NCBI GenBank assembly: GCA_035084275.1
Contig: CM068750.1
Coordinates: forward strand, 5,580,001 to 5,644,000
Source: Hydrolagus colliei
Lineage: Eukaryota
DNA length: 64,000 bases
Direction: 5' to 3'
Shown here: positions 49,204 through 61,270 of the stretch, one piece after another
Numbering within the stretch: the first letter of the stretch is position 1
Layout: each line of letters starts with the position of its first letter
Translations under genes and position numbers: made by a program
Notes under the pieces: generated by a model
What the model was told of the DNA's origin: nothing
The model's input: only the letters and a program-made list of their open reading frames with translations
Databases searched by the model: none

Positions 49204-50409
49204 TTCCCCATAGGTATAATTTTTTTTGAAAAAGTTTGCTCTACTAACAGTTCTGATATAGAGATTCAATTGGACATGTGGCTGGAGATGAAGGAGAGAA
49301 GGTTAAAAAAAAGGTGGATTTCAATCCACCTCCCCCGGAAACTTTTCCGATTTTTGGAAGAAAGTAAATAAGATATCTAGACTACACGTGAAGATTTGTG
49401 GGCTGAATTACAATCATTATCAGTTGCAAGTACAACCTTCCATTTAGCTCTGATATTGATAGCCGGCCAAGCTATTTTTGACACTCTAATTGGAGATTTT
49501 TCTGGCATCAGCCTCTACACTGTGGGCAGCCATATGTTTTAAGTTACAAATGCCCTTGTCAGAAGTGGCACGTTTGTTATATTACATTCTGAGCAACTGC
49601 AAGTCACCAAAAGCGCATGGAACAGTGCTTATGCTGCTGCCGTCAGTCTCCCCAGGGTTTTAAGGGCCATTTATTACACACACGTGGAAATGTTGCTTTC
49701 AGAGAATGACATTCGCGTTTATTAAAAGAGGAATCATTTTGTGAACTGGTGTACAATGCCAACCCGTGCCCTATGGGCTGTCCACTGCCATTCCACTTAA
49801 TTCTGACCAAATACTACCAGTTCAGAAAGAGTTATCAGAGCCAAATCTTCCTGGAATGTCAAGTGGGGGTGAGGGGTGGGGGGAGTGGGGGAGGTGGAAT
49901 TTAGGGGAGAGAAACAGTGGTAATGCCCTGATATTCTGGCAAGCGACTTCAATGTTACATCCACACAATCCTGCCAAGGAAACAGATAATGAGGCACATC
50001 GGTCTAATAGTAACGTAATTGGGTTGTTTAAGATGCGCAACACAGTGTGTGGCAGAACAGCCCACAGAAGGTCTTGTCACATCACTGTGGCCTATTGCAC
50101 CCTGTACTCATCATGGGATCATGTTTGAGCTTACAGAAGAGAAATTAACACACTGTAGACACTCTGGCAGAACCATGGGAATAGTGTTGCACTAATTGAG
50201 CAGTGTATTTATTAAGTCTGCAGATATTCTGTGTCAACACTGCCTGCTTCCTGTGTTTCACTATCTTTTTCCCCCCAATCCTCAAAATGGTGCACGGATC
50301 CCTAAACAGGAATTTATTACGTGAAAGAAAATTAAATAGATTTTTTCAAAAGACGCACAAGATCGATACAATATTGTCCAAAATACAACTGCGTTTCCTC
50401 AGCAAGTAC

Positions 50410-50506
50410 TGATCACAATACTCTATACAGTAAATTCTACGAAGCATTTTAACATATTCTTTCGACTGCAAAGGCTTTGTACGAAATGCAAGGATTATTA
50501 TTATTA
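50410..50506 (+). mobile_element. Major SINE tail fragment
   Basis: aaatgcaaggattattattatt. Confidence 0.65.
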
Positions 50507-50616
50507 TTTACTTTGGAAATATGATGTACATCCTTGAGATTACCAAGCTTCCATAGGAAAGCCCAATAGTATGATAAAATATTTTGATTCAGTTATGAGG
50601 TAGAACCATTCAGTTT

Positions 50617-50903
50617 CCCCTAACCACCCAACCTACTTCACGTGCCTCGCCTTCAGCAATTCTGCTCCCACCCTCTGGAACTCCATCCCACAGTTCCTCT
50701 GACACTCCCCATCCCTTGCCTGTTTCAAGATCCACCTCAAGGCACTCCTCTTTGATCGTGCTTTCAATTAACCTCCTTCTCCCCCTGCCTCCGCACTCTC
50801 CAACACCTACTCGCAGCTCGAGTCCAGAATACTGCCTGTCCAGCACCTTGGGACATCCTCCTAACTTGAAAGGCATTTTGCAAAAGTAATTTTGTTGCTG
50901 TTG
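50617..50903 (+). mobile_element. L2 LINE 3' end
   Basis: AFSNSAPTLWNSIPQFL*HSPSLACFKIHLKALLFDRAF plus cttgggacatcctcc..gaaaggc..ttttgttg. Confidence 0.9.
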
Positions 50904-51019
50904 TCCAACAAGTCCCAACCTTGCAGATGGTGAGTCAAAATAGCAGATTGAATGGAAACAATGGTGCTTCTCTGATGGAACATTTATAAACACACTCTTT
51001 TGTAAAGTAATTCCTGGCT

Positions 51020-51480
51020 CTACTCAGCCATCAGTCTCTCATTGCGTACTGTTGCCACATTTTGCGGCAGCGAGCTCCATAATTTGTGTGATTGATGCTG
51101 GCAGCACCTGGAGGAATTACATGCACCTGCAGACGAGCAATTTTGGCTGGACAGGTTGATCATTACTTAGGGCACTTTGTAGTCATTCAAGCATTTAACA
51201 AAGAAAACATTGTGACGGATAGTGTGACGGAGCTGATATTAATTTGGTTTACACTGTCCTTTAACAAGCCAATATTTGCAAACGGCATTTGCTGAAAGTA
51301 ATAATTATTTTCGCAATTACTGGCGCTGATGTGAAATGCCTCAACCTGACTGGTGTTAAATGCGATGCGATTTCCTGCAGAGGATATTCATTCCCGAACG
51401 GAAAAGATTAAGAAGAATATGATCAGATGTTTTGACTCAGTCATGCACCAAAGGTGGCTAATGAGCATTTAAAAATGTTA
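51020..51480. promoter_or_regulatory. Candidate conserved non-coding element
   Basis: Repeat-free and CpG-retaining; TGATTGAT (Pbx/Hox-type), CACCTG x2, AACAAAG/CATTGT (Sox-type), TAAT cores. Confidence 0.3.
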
Positions 51481-51789
51481 AGAGGTGTTTACCAACCACG
51501 CTATTTTAAGAATCTGATACAAGTAGAATCTCTATCACGCAAAAGAGTCTTCTCCTGCAATCTTATGATGACATTAAAGTTGTCAAACTCCATTTCTCAT
51601 CTTATTACAGTCTTTACCTCCTGGCTGGTATAATCAATTTGCCAGCTCTTTGCTGCTCAATTACAGGCAATGCGAAGTTCCTATCCTGAACATTTTCCCT
51701 GGAGATTGTAGTCTAGGGTAAATTGTCTGTGCATGAAATGAGCTTGATGGATTTTCCCTCTGAACCACACTATACTCTGTATTGGGCAC

Positions 51790-51908
51790 CCCCAATTTCC
51801 CTCCACCCTCCCCTTTCCGGACCCCAACTTGGGTCTGAAACATTGACTGTGGGACAACCTCCTGATGTGAAAGGCACTATACAAGTGTAATTTTGATGTT
51901 CTTGTTGT
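51790..51908 (+). mobile_element. L2 3'UTR and tail
   Basis: gggacaacctcctgatgtgaaaggcactatacaagtgtaattttg. Confidence 0.8.
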
Positions 51909-51954
51909 TACCTCAACAAGATAGAGTTCCTTGGGAGAGGAGGGGAAGGAATGG

Positions 51955-52105
51955 TCAGTATACCTGGACTAGGAAGGAGGGGAACTGGGCTGTGATCTCC
52001 TCAGTGATCACATATTCTGCCAATGCTCACTGACTAGTCTCACACACAAAGCGCTGTCAACCAGATGCAGTGCTGGAAGGCTAGTGTCACGCCAGCATAA
52101 ACCGC
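51955..52105 (+). mobile_element. 3' half of AmnSINE2/Nin-like SINE
   Basis: gggctgtgatctcctc...ctgccaatgctcactgactagtctcacacac...gtgctggaaggct. Confidence 0.45.
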
Positions 52106-54539
52106 CATTTTGAAGAGCCAAAAGAGGACTCACTTATTGCTGCTGCAGAATGTTGTTGCTTGCTATTATCAAAGCTATCACTTCACCCAATTTAAGAAGC
52201 TGAGGTTGAAGAAAAAATTGATCGTCACTGAACAAGCTACACTAAAGCACTATTGTCAAGTTACTGTATTTTTTCAAAATCAAAAGAATTTAAATCGCCA
52301 AACTTCTCTTTGTCTGCGAACCTTGGGAACAAACAAATATCCCCAAGTACCAATGCATAAACCAACAGTGGAATACACACAACCTTAATTTTTCCCTCAC
52401 CTCCAATATTACATATTCATTGATATTTTCTTCCTTTGTTATCCCCAAAATGGATCAGTTCAGCTTTGATTGCTAATATGTGTAGCCTGTTCAGTAACAC
52501 ATGACAGCTGCCATCTTTTAAGAGAAAAAAAGATGTGAAAATAGTACACTGTGTATGTTATATAAAATAACAGATGGTCATGATGTACTATAAAGGCAGG
52601 GAGACACACTACTCCCTCAATGCAACTCGTGTTCATGTTCTGTGGACAAAAGTAAACCAGAAGAAAACATACAACTGCACAACACACCCTTGGCCATCTG
52701 TTATTCAGTATATCTTTTGCTTCTTATAGTCTCCATCATAGTGCCCTTCATTGTACCTGATTAACATTTAAACCTCAGCAGAATGAAAACTCTTTGTTCC
52801 TGAAAGTTTGCGACAGGCTAAATCAAATGCAAAAGGATTATTATGTGTATGGACCACAACTACCACAATGAAATATTACCACTTTGGGGTTTTCTGTCCA
52901 GTGTACTGGGAGCAATGGTACAGAAGCTTACTTAGCATGGGAGAGGCGTTCACTGAGGATAGTCACGGATTATTAGGAGATAAATATCTGGCACACGATG
53001 AGAACAGTAGCCCATTCTGTTTTTTGAGGCAGCAAAGCTGTGATTTGATACAGTGACGATCAAATGATATTAACGCTTTGCATACAAACAGTACAATAGT
53101 AGAGAGAGCACCGTTGGTAGTGCTTTGGAATTTCAGACTTAGAAGATGGCTTCTTTAAAAAAAATTACATGGACGGTTTTTAGACATCTCCTCAAAATCC
53201 AGCTGATAGGTCTCAATTCCTGCGTTCAAATCTTCATTGTGTGTCTTTTCCCATGGGGGCTGAAATTCTCACCAGCTCTCGTTTGTTTATGCTTGGCTTT
53301 GCATAAACTAGACTTTCCAGCGTTAAAGTAGATTAGCGTGAATCTAATATGCCTTTCTTGTAAAACAATACCCTACAATCACATGATCCTCTTGAGATAA
53401 AACTATTGCTCTTTTTTTAGCTGATTGACTCTTAAAACCCTGCTCCTTCAGCTGCCGGGAGTTTTCAACAGCTTTCACACAACATTTTGTAGGGTGACTA
53501 TTCAGAGACAATACTGGCTTTAGCAAAAAAAAGGAAAGGTTTTATGCTCCCTCGGGTAATAAACAGGCTCCAGATTGATAGGTGGCACAAAGCTGGTTCA
53601 AACACTTCACCAAGATTAAAGAGGAGGTGAAAACAACTGAGGCTTCAAAAGAGTTGCAGAACACTGGGAGTTTCATCCTGCTTCATCCACATGACATGTA
53701 CAGTATCCTGTTTGAAAAATTCAGTTCAGCACAATTAGAATCTAAGCCCAACAAGAAATACACCTTAGGGTTCAATTGTAAAGACAGTACAGTGTCAACT
53801 TTACAGCACATAAATAGAGCTGTATTCCCCTCAGAAGAAATATGCATTTAGATATAATTTTGATCTAACCGAAGGAAACCGGTCTCGTATTGAACAAAAC
53901 AAGAAAGGTTCAAGAACTAATCCTGCGGGTGTCTAGTTTTTCTGCCTCGGAATAAGGAATCAATGCAGCGTAAAGCAGATTGGGTGGGATGTTTTTTGAG
54001 AAAGTCTTATTGCACAATGTTGGACTGTTTTGCTTGGAAGGAATAGTGGATTGCCTAAAGTTTCAGTTCTCAATTACCACGGGGTACTGCCTTCCTTTCT
54101 TACCAGTGTCACTGGTTACATGTCTGTAGCCAACACATGGAGAGCATTGTCGCCCAGTGTTATTTGAATGTTTTAATCTGTTCATTGCCACTAGGAGGCC
54201 ATGAAACAGATAATAGTCAAGGAGAATGATTGTATTACTGGAGGTGAACCATTTGCAGGACTGAAGGAATTAACTGGCCCATTAATATAGCTAATATATT
54301 TTTATTGATTTAATTTGTACTCATCACTTAAAGGGCATTATTGTTGGGGAACTGAATAGATTTCTATATCAGTTAAAGGACATTAGTGTTGGAAATGGAA
54401 GATTTCTGCAACCAGTATCTGCATCAAGTATGTCAGAAATAGCACGGATCTAACCTACAAAGGAAGTATTCTCTGATCTGACCTTTTACCTCAAGCTAAA
54501 AAGAGTTCTCAATCCCAAATGGGAGAGGGGGGTGGGGGA

Positions 54540-54685
54540 AGATTGTTAGCCAGGATTCTAGGAGAAACTTCCTTCTATTTTTGAATACTGTAGTACCACG
54601 GATCTTTAATATCCGCCTGATCAGAGAGACAGGACCTTGGTTAACGTCTCATTTGAACGTCTCATTTCAGCATAAATGCAACAGT
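54540..54685 (-). mobile_element. Deu-domain SINE fragment
   Basis: gttagccagga..ggagaaact..ggatctttaatatccgcctga..ccttggttaacgtctcat. Confidence 0.65.
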
Positions 54686-54784
54686 AGTAATTCTAAGATG
54701 TTACAAAAGCAGAGCAGGTGGGAATGGCAGCCCGGGAAGCAGAACAGCAAGAGATGTAGACAAGCAAGCAAAGACAGCAAACAA

Positions 54785-55095
54785 GAGCCTCTTGCCAACC
54801 ACAGCCAGGAGACAGATTGTGAAAGAGCTTGTTAGCAATCATGGTTAGGGAGACAGACCACAGAAAGGAGCTTTATAATAACCACAGCGAGAGAGAGACA
54901 CAGCACGAAATACAGCTTGGTGGCAAGCATGACTGGAGAGAGAGAGAGTTCACAAAACAGAGCTTGTTAGCAATCTCAACTAGAGAGACAGAGTGTCACA
55001 AGAAGCTTAACTAAAGAGATGGGCCACGGAAGGGAAGCTGTTAGCAGTTCACATCTACTGAGACAGAGTGAGTGGGAAAGGAATTCGATAGCAAC
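54785..55095 (+). repeat. Degenerate ~43-bp purine-rich minisatellite (~7 units)
   Basis: Units start at about 54785, 54825, 54868, 54913, 54960, 55003 and 55035; approximate consensus gagcttgttagcaa(c/t)cacagctagagagacagagtcacaaa. Confidence 0.8.
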
Positions 55096-55689
55096 AGGGG
55101 AAAAAGAGATTGCAATAGTGGCAAAAATAAATGCCACAGACACTTTCTTTTACAATGTAACCTGCAACAGGTTACAAAATAAAAAAAAGTCAAAGCACAG
55201 CAGGTAAGATTTCTAGTGGTTTTTATTCTTATTTATTGTGTGGGCACCAAGGGTTGTTCTAAAGAATCAGGACATTGTCTGAATAAAGCGCCGTGCTCCT
55301 CCGCTCTCCGGCTGCTGTGAACTCTTCAGTTAGAAGCACACTGGAGGTCTGATAGTTGCAAGTTAGGACACATAAATTAAAGCACTACTGGAACCGCCAC
55401 AAGCCAGTTACAAAATAAGGACTGGTCCTCATTAATGCTCAATGGTTAGTTTCAGGCATGATGATTGATGGGTTTGCGTGTGTGCGTGCATGTTGGACAC
55501 TCGGTTCACAAAAACAAATGATGCCTGCGTTTAGAAGTTGGTTAAAGAATGATGATTGCCCTAAACTAGCCATTAACAATCATGCAAAAAGATACAGATT
55601 TCTGTATGCCACAGACAAGCCATTGTCTCACTTAATGTCATTTTCAGGCTTGAAATTGACTGCTGAGATTGGGGTATAGTTCCAAAGGC

Positions 55690-55815
55690 ACCAATTAATT
55701 TACATTACTTTGCCTAAGTTTGGCCCACAAAATATACAGTCAATTAACTTGACATGCTTTGAAACATTTCAACAACGTGCTAAGGCATTATATCAAATGC
55801 AATTATTATTATTAT
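55690..55815 (+). mobile_element. Major SINE 3' fragment
   Basis: gcccacaaaatatacagtcaatt...tatcaaatgcaattattattatt. Confidence 0.75.
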
Positions 55816-55959
55816 AAATAGGCATCATTGGGAGTGTTAGCTGTAACAATGAGTGTTAATGGGTGGGGGTAGGCGGTGTGAAAGTAGGGTGTTGCTACTT
55901 GACAGCGTTGCAGCAAAGCTTAAACCCTAGCCTCGTCGGGGATTCATACAAGTATAGCT

Positions 55960-56139
55960 CTAGCAGGGAGTGAGGAGAGGGAACTCCTCCTTCTTTCCTC
56001 AAATCGTGATGCTCTGGCTCATCACTGAGGCAAAAGCTGAGAGCAGTTGACTCAGCACAAAGCGAGGATTGAACCTGGGACTGTCCTTTATGTGGTGAAG
56101 GCACTTGTTGGATAGGCTCACTGAGATATCAGGGAGAGC
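55960..56139 (-). mobile_element. 5' part (tRNA head) of AmnSINE2/Nin-like SINE
   Basis: gctgagagcagttgactcagcaca..ggattgaacctgggac (antisense B box)...cactgagatatcagggagagc (antisense A box). Confidence 0.55.
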
Positions 56140-57469
56140 ATCCTTTGTATTTTGTAATAGCATGAAGTAAACCAGGGTAATCTCTGTTACTGCAGGGTTT
56201 TGAGAGTGAATTCAAAGCAAAATCGCTTGAATTGAAACACAAATAAGCAAATTGCAATGATCCAGATTGTGAACCATTTCAGGCATGGGGCAACATTTCA
56301 CAGTGGATACCTGGAACCCAGAGAACGGCCAAATTTCAGTTTTTGGAGTAAAAAGGAACAAATAAACCCAACACAATGAATTGACACAAACAATTTAGCA
56401 GTTGGTTTGGAGATCAGTGGGCACTTCCTTCCAGCAGCACTTTAAAAGCTTTTATAAATTAGCAAAAGCCCTGAAAAATGAGTGACACTGCCAGCAAGGA
56501 ATTCAATAGCAAGCACTTGAGGGTGATGAACGATAGTGTGACACAGGGTGTGAGTAACACGTCTGCCTTGCTCAGAACAGTTTGCCTGTGCCCTCATGTC
56601 GAGAGATTTATGTGGCATCAGTGGCTACGCTGGTAATTAATGAAGCTCTCTTGGCCTTTATTAACACAAACAAGATGTGCAAGGCAAGAAAAGGGAGCCG
56701 AGCAACAATGGAAGCAAAGTATTTCTTCAGAGGAACATCGGGTGGGAAGAATATTTCCAGAGAGTTTGAATTTGCAATGCTGGTTTGATGAATATAGCTT
56801 TATCTGGAGAGATTGAGCGTCCTTCAAAACGGGTTGGGGGGGAGGAAATAGCTCTGAGGCATAGTTTGAAGTAGATTGGGGCTGAATTAAGATTAATAGG
56901 AGCAAAGCTGTTGGCGCGATATGAGCATAGTGATGAAAGCAGAGCAGCAGCAGAATGTGAATTACCTGCTTTACGCTCAGTCCCTTGTGGACAAGGCTAA
57001 GCTGTTGTTTTAGAAGCTAGCCATTCCATCTTAAGGCCTTCACAAAGCCCTGGAGACCTTTGGCAAAGAGAATTGTGAATCGAACTAAAACCAGCCTGTT
57101 TCTGACCACCTATTACGAATGGGAAGCCTTGTCCATGTTGCTAGTTCACATAGATGTAACCAAACTGTTTTGGATGGGGATGAATCTGAAGTTTAGTATA
57201 ACATGGTCCCTGATGGATAACCATTAGAATGGATCAAACAGGAAAGAAAAATGCATCTTTCTTTTGCAGCGCGATATACTGTGCATACAAATATAACTAG
57301 TAGCTGCTTGGATGAAACAGACATACTTGAATTCTTTTATACTGGAAAAAATAAGCTCAAAATCCTACATTTCTCAGTGCTGAACTAGGATCAGACAATT
57401 ACTAAATCCCAGCTAGTTTACCATACTGTACTTAGTATGTAGACTTTTAACATTTCAGGATTTCAAGGT

Positions 57470-57870
57470 ACAGATTTTATTGTTGTTTGATATTACAATT
57501 TGTTTCAACTTTCAATTTTCTTTTCAGCATTTGTCACTCAGAATACAATGTTCAAACATTCCAAACACATCAACCACGTTAGTGTGCACTGAATCATCAA
57601 GTCTGGGACGAGGAACACAAACTGACTGTGGAGTTCAACTTCAGCCGAGTGAATGCTCACCATATCAGAACAGGAAGTTCTGCTGATCTTATTTGTTCTG
57701 CTCTCTCAGTTTAGAAAGGCTGTAGTACACACAACCTGATGGGAAAACTCGGCCTCTCTGGTCTTTAATGCTGAATCTTTGTTGTCTGACACTCTTATTC
57801 TGCTCTCTATACATTCCATCTGACTGATTTGTTCATCTTCCGTAATTTCAGAAATGCAAATTGTTGTATT
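57470..57870 (+). mobile_element. Possible Penelope-like remnant
   Basis: Weak resemblance to the GIY-YIG C-terminal region (..ctgggac..gagttcaac) followed by ctgatgggaaa..tctgactgatttg..atttcaga tail-like sequence. Confidence 0.3.
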
Positions 57871-57965
57871 TATTGGTTTTAATTCTTTAGTCCGCTGAAT
57901 ATGGATTTGTCCACTGTTTCGTATATCTTTGTTGCTTTTGTTGTCATACAGAATATCTATAGTTT

Positions 57966-58030
57966 AAAGATCCCATGATGCTGTTTGAAAGGAGAAGGTA
58001 ATTTATCCAGTGTCCTGCCCAACAATCCGC
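57966..58030 (+). mobile_element. Deu-domain SINE fragment
   Basis: aaagatcccatgatgctgtttgaa..ccagtgtcctgcccaacaatcc is the reverse complement of the 48970-49035 motif class. Confidence 0.6.
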
Positions 58031-58639
58031 CAAATGAAATCTATGATTCAAATAGGAAAAATGTCAACATAATGCTTAAGATTACATATCTTCGTTAAAG
58101 GGAAGTAGAATCTCGGGAATACGTTTTGTTGAAAGTACATCCTTATTTCATAGAAGAAAAGAATCTTGTGAAGAGAATGAGTTTGCTCTATCAAACACAA
58201 TTGAATGCTATTGAGTCTTTCTAGTCTCCTGACATTGGGCAGCTTCAAATTGAATAGCAGTGCAATTTCCATCACTGTCTACTACTTCACAAATTGCCAT
58301 TCATGTTGGTGACACATTAAGGCTGGTATTGATCACAATTACTGGTTCTAATCACATTCGTACCATACGCACACGTCCCTCAGAATAAGAAAGTCCTATT
58401 GCAAACTAGATTACTGGCAACACAAAATATCCCTGCAGCTATAATATATAAAACACTGTGCTTTTGGAAGACCCTGATAGTGGAACGAACAATACATAAT
58501 TACCCATTGGATTAATAGTAGCTTCTTTTTGCAAAGGCAGAACTCTTGAAACATGAAACCTGCTCCATTTAAAAAATAATGGACAACTGTGAAGATCAAG
58601 CAAGAGCTTGAAATGACTTTTTTTTTTGCAATAAACAAA

Positions 58640-59000
58640 AGAAATGCTACTTGATTAAGATCAGTCTCATTTTGCCAAGGAAAATTTGTTCTTTGGGGGG
58701 ATTTGATCGAGGGCACTCATTCATCTTTTATCAGAGAGCAGAATCATAGTGCTGCTGTACAAATGGACATCCTGACAGGAGCACATTAAGGCTTGGATTC
58801 CATTCTTTTTGTGGTGATGGCAAAAAGACAAATTGTGCCATTAAACATGCTGGAAATTATTCTCGTGTTGTCAAAGAACGCTTACATTCCATTGTCTATT
58901 TCAGGGCCAGTGCAGTGGATCAGTGTCTATCCATGGCAGCTTTTGTTCGCTGGGCTTGCAATCACTAGTAATTTAGGATTCAATAGCAGTTACAGAATAC
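58640..59000. promoter_or_regulatory. Candidate conserved non-coding element
   Basis: Repeat-free; CATTGT, CCATTAAA, TGACAG and TAATT motifs; conservation not tested. Confidence 0.28.
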
Positions 59001-60329
59001 AGCTATCAGGGAACTATTTCTGAAATATATGTGGGTGGGCAAAAACATCGATGAGCTTCTTTAGGTATAACTGATACTTGCATGTTACTTTCTATTTATT
59101 GGTACACAGAATTATTGAACTTGTTCCGTTTCTGAACTGTTCAATACTGGAACAATAGGGAGATCTTATGGCTTAATATGATTTTTATATCCATACTGAA
59201 GAGCCTAAAACAATCATTGTCCTCCAAATGGGCAATTTTACATTTAGTTTTGTTTGAGGTTGAGATGGAAAAAAATCAAACTGTGATGCACATGTTCATA
59301 AGTGAACCATTAATTTGATTTCCAAATTCTTTAGTTGGAATATAATTTACCCAACAGATCATTATAACAGTAAGAAATATTGACCAACACACTATCCAAT
59401 GCTTAGCAGAGTCAAGAGGCTGAAGACATTGTATTTAACTAACAGCGAGCCACTGATGCACACAGAGAATTGGAGAGATTTTGAATTTAGATTGTAGGGA
59501 GACAGTAGATTGAGATGACAGACTGAAGGAAATTCCACAAGCTAGATTTGATTCATGATTCTTGAGTTTATAAGTGATAAATTGCATAGAGTGAATTCAA
59601 ATTGTCCTGTATATGAAAAAGGTATTCTCATCAGATTTGATCACGTCAGTTTCCAGCGCTTTTTACAGTAGAGAATTCTTAAACTCCCTACTTACTACAG
59701 CCTGACTCTCTCACACAAAGCAAATGCAAACCCACTTAGAAACTGTCTACTACCTGCTGCTCACTATTCATTCTTTATTATGGCTTCATTGTGTATGCAA
59801 AGGCTCGCTGTTTGTTAAAGTTTTACGGGAGAGGGTGTGTTACTGTTCATTAATCTCTGCATTACATTTTGCCTGAATTTCCTGCATGTCTTAAGATACA
59901 TTTTTTTTATTGTTTGACAGGGATGAAAAATGGGATGGTGCACTGTATGTGATCAATGTGATCATCAAATCATGTGAAACCCCGCATTTTTCAACCACTT
60001 ACATTGAATCTTCGGGGTACATTTTGGCTTGATAAAGCATTGGATTATCATGTAGTAAGCTAAAAAAAAAGCTATTCAGTTTTGACACTCAGTTACATGG
60101 TACAGCCAAGTACAACCTATACAATGCAGCTGAATGTTAAAATTGAATTTCATTTTTCAAGCTGTATTCTTTCTTTCATTTTTTTCCATTCAGAATTTTC
60201 AGAATTTGAACACGGATGAAGAATTCAGCGAAGGATACTCCAAGAATATGGTGTCTCCACCATAAGACAATATTGTATTTAATTTAGCCTGAGAAGAGCA
60301 TTGCCGCCTGAACCACATCAATGTCAATT

Positions 60330-60424
60330 GAGTCATTTCAAAGCATTTCACAGCATATATTATAACGTGGATTGATTGTGTATTTTTGTGTATGGGCAAA
60401 ATGCAGCAGCCAATTCCACACAGC
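60330..60424 (-). mobile_element. Major SINE fragment
   Basis: tcaaagcatttcacagcatat...gggcaaaatgcagcagccaattccacacagca. Confidence 0.7.
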
Positions 60425-61106
60425 ATGGATGCTTTGATATTGCCCAACACTCATAGCTGGCAAAGAGAAGAGTTTATTCCATCAATTTGGCGTAGAATCA
60501 AAAGCCGCATCTCAGACTAAAGTGAGCTAACCGATCACAGCATTACATAAACCCTGTCTTTTCACAGGAATGATAGATCGCCATTCAAACTGTTCTTTAG
60601 AGTAGCAATGTAATTACGTTAGTTAGTAGACACAAGCGCCAAAATAAACTGGAAAAAGTCTGAATCAACAGTTTTGAGTCTATTCATGAAACCCCAACTT
60701 GGCCCAGTTTCACTTACTTTTCAGTTGCGTGCACTCTGTGTACTGCCAAAACAGTTTCTCACTGTGCTGCCTATATCATTTGTTTTTTTTTAAAAAAAGA
60801 TTAATTTAAAACAGAGTTATAATAATTCATCTTTTTTTCCATTGCTGATGATTTAGTAATTCCTGATGTATGGCAGGAAAATTAGTCTCATATCTGATGA
60901 CCTAGGAGCTTGATGTTTCCAATAAAACTTCCCTCTGATCTCCATTAGTGAATGGAAATCTCACCGCTGATCTGAAACTAACAGTGACTTCTATCTACTT
61001 GTGAATCTTGTTGTCCACAATTATACATTAGAGACCAAAGTCCTGTTTACCTCTAGTTAGGCATTAACTATGTTTAATATGATTTGTTAAAAGAAACACA
61101 CTTTCA

Positions 61107-61270
61107 ACTGGCATCCTGGCCAACAATCCTCCAGATTAAATGAAGATTGACCTCATCGCCATTTGTGGTACTTTGTTGGTGCAAATGACACCTGCCTTTG
61201 CCCAATAAAAGTCTATAGTTTTGACAAATAATTACTTATTTATGAAGCATTTAAAAATGTTTGATGCAAA
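61107..61270 (+). mobile_element. Deu-SINE 3' fragment
   Basis: tcctggccaacaatcctccag is the exact reverse complement of ctggaggattgttggccagga at ~48962-48982. Confidence 0.65.

Noticed and set aside
54785-55095. CRISPR-like repeat/spacer array
   Set aside because: Units are diverged along their whole length with no unique spacers, there are no cas genes, and the context is vertebrate.
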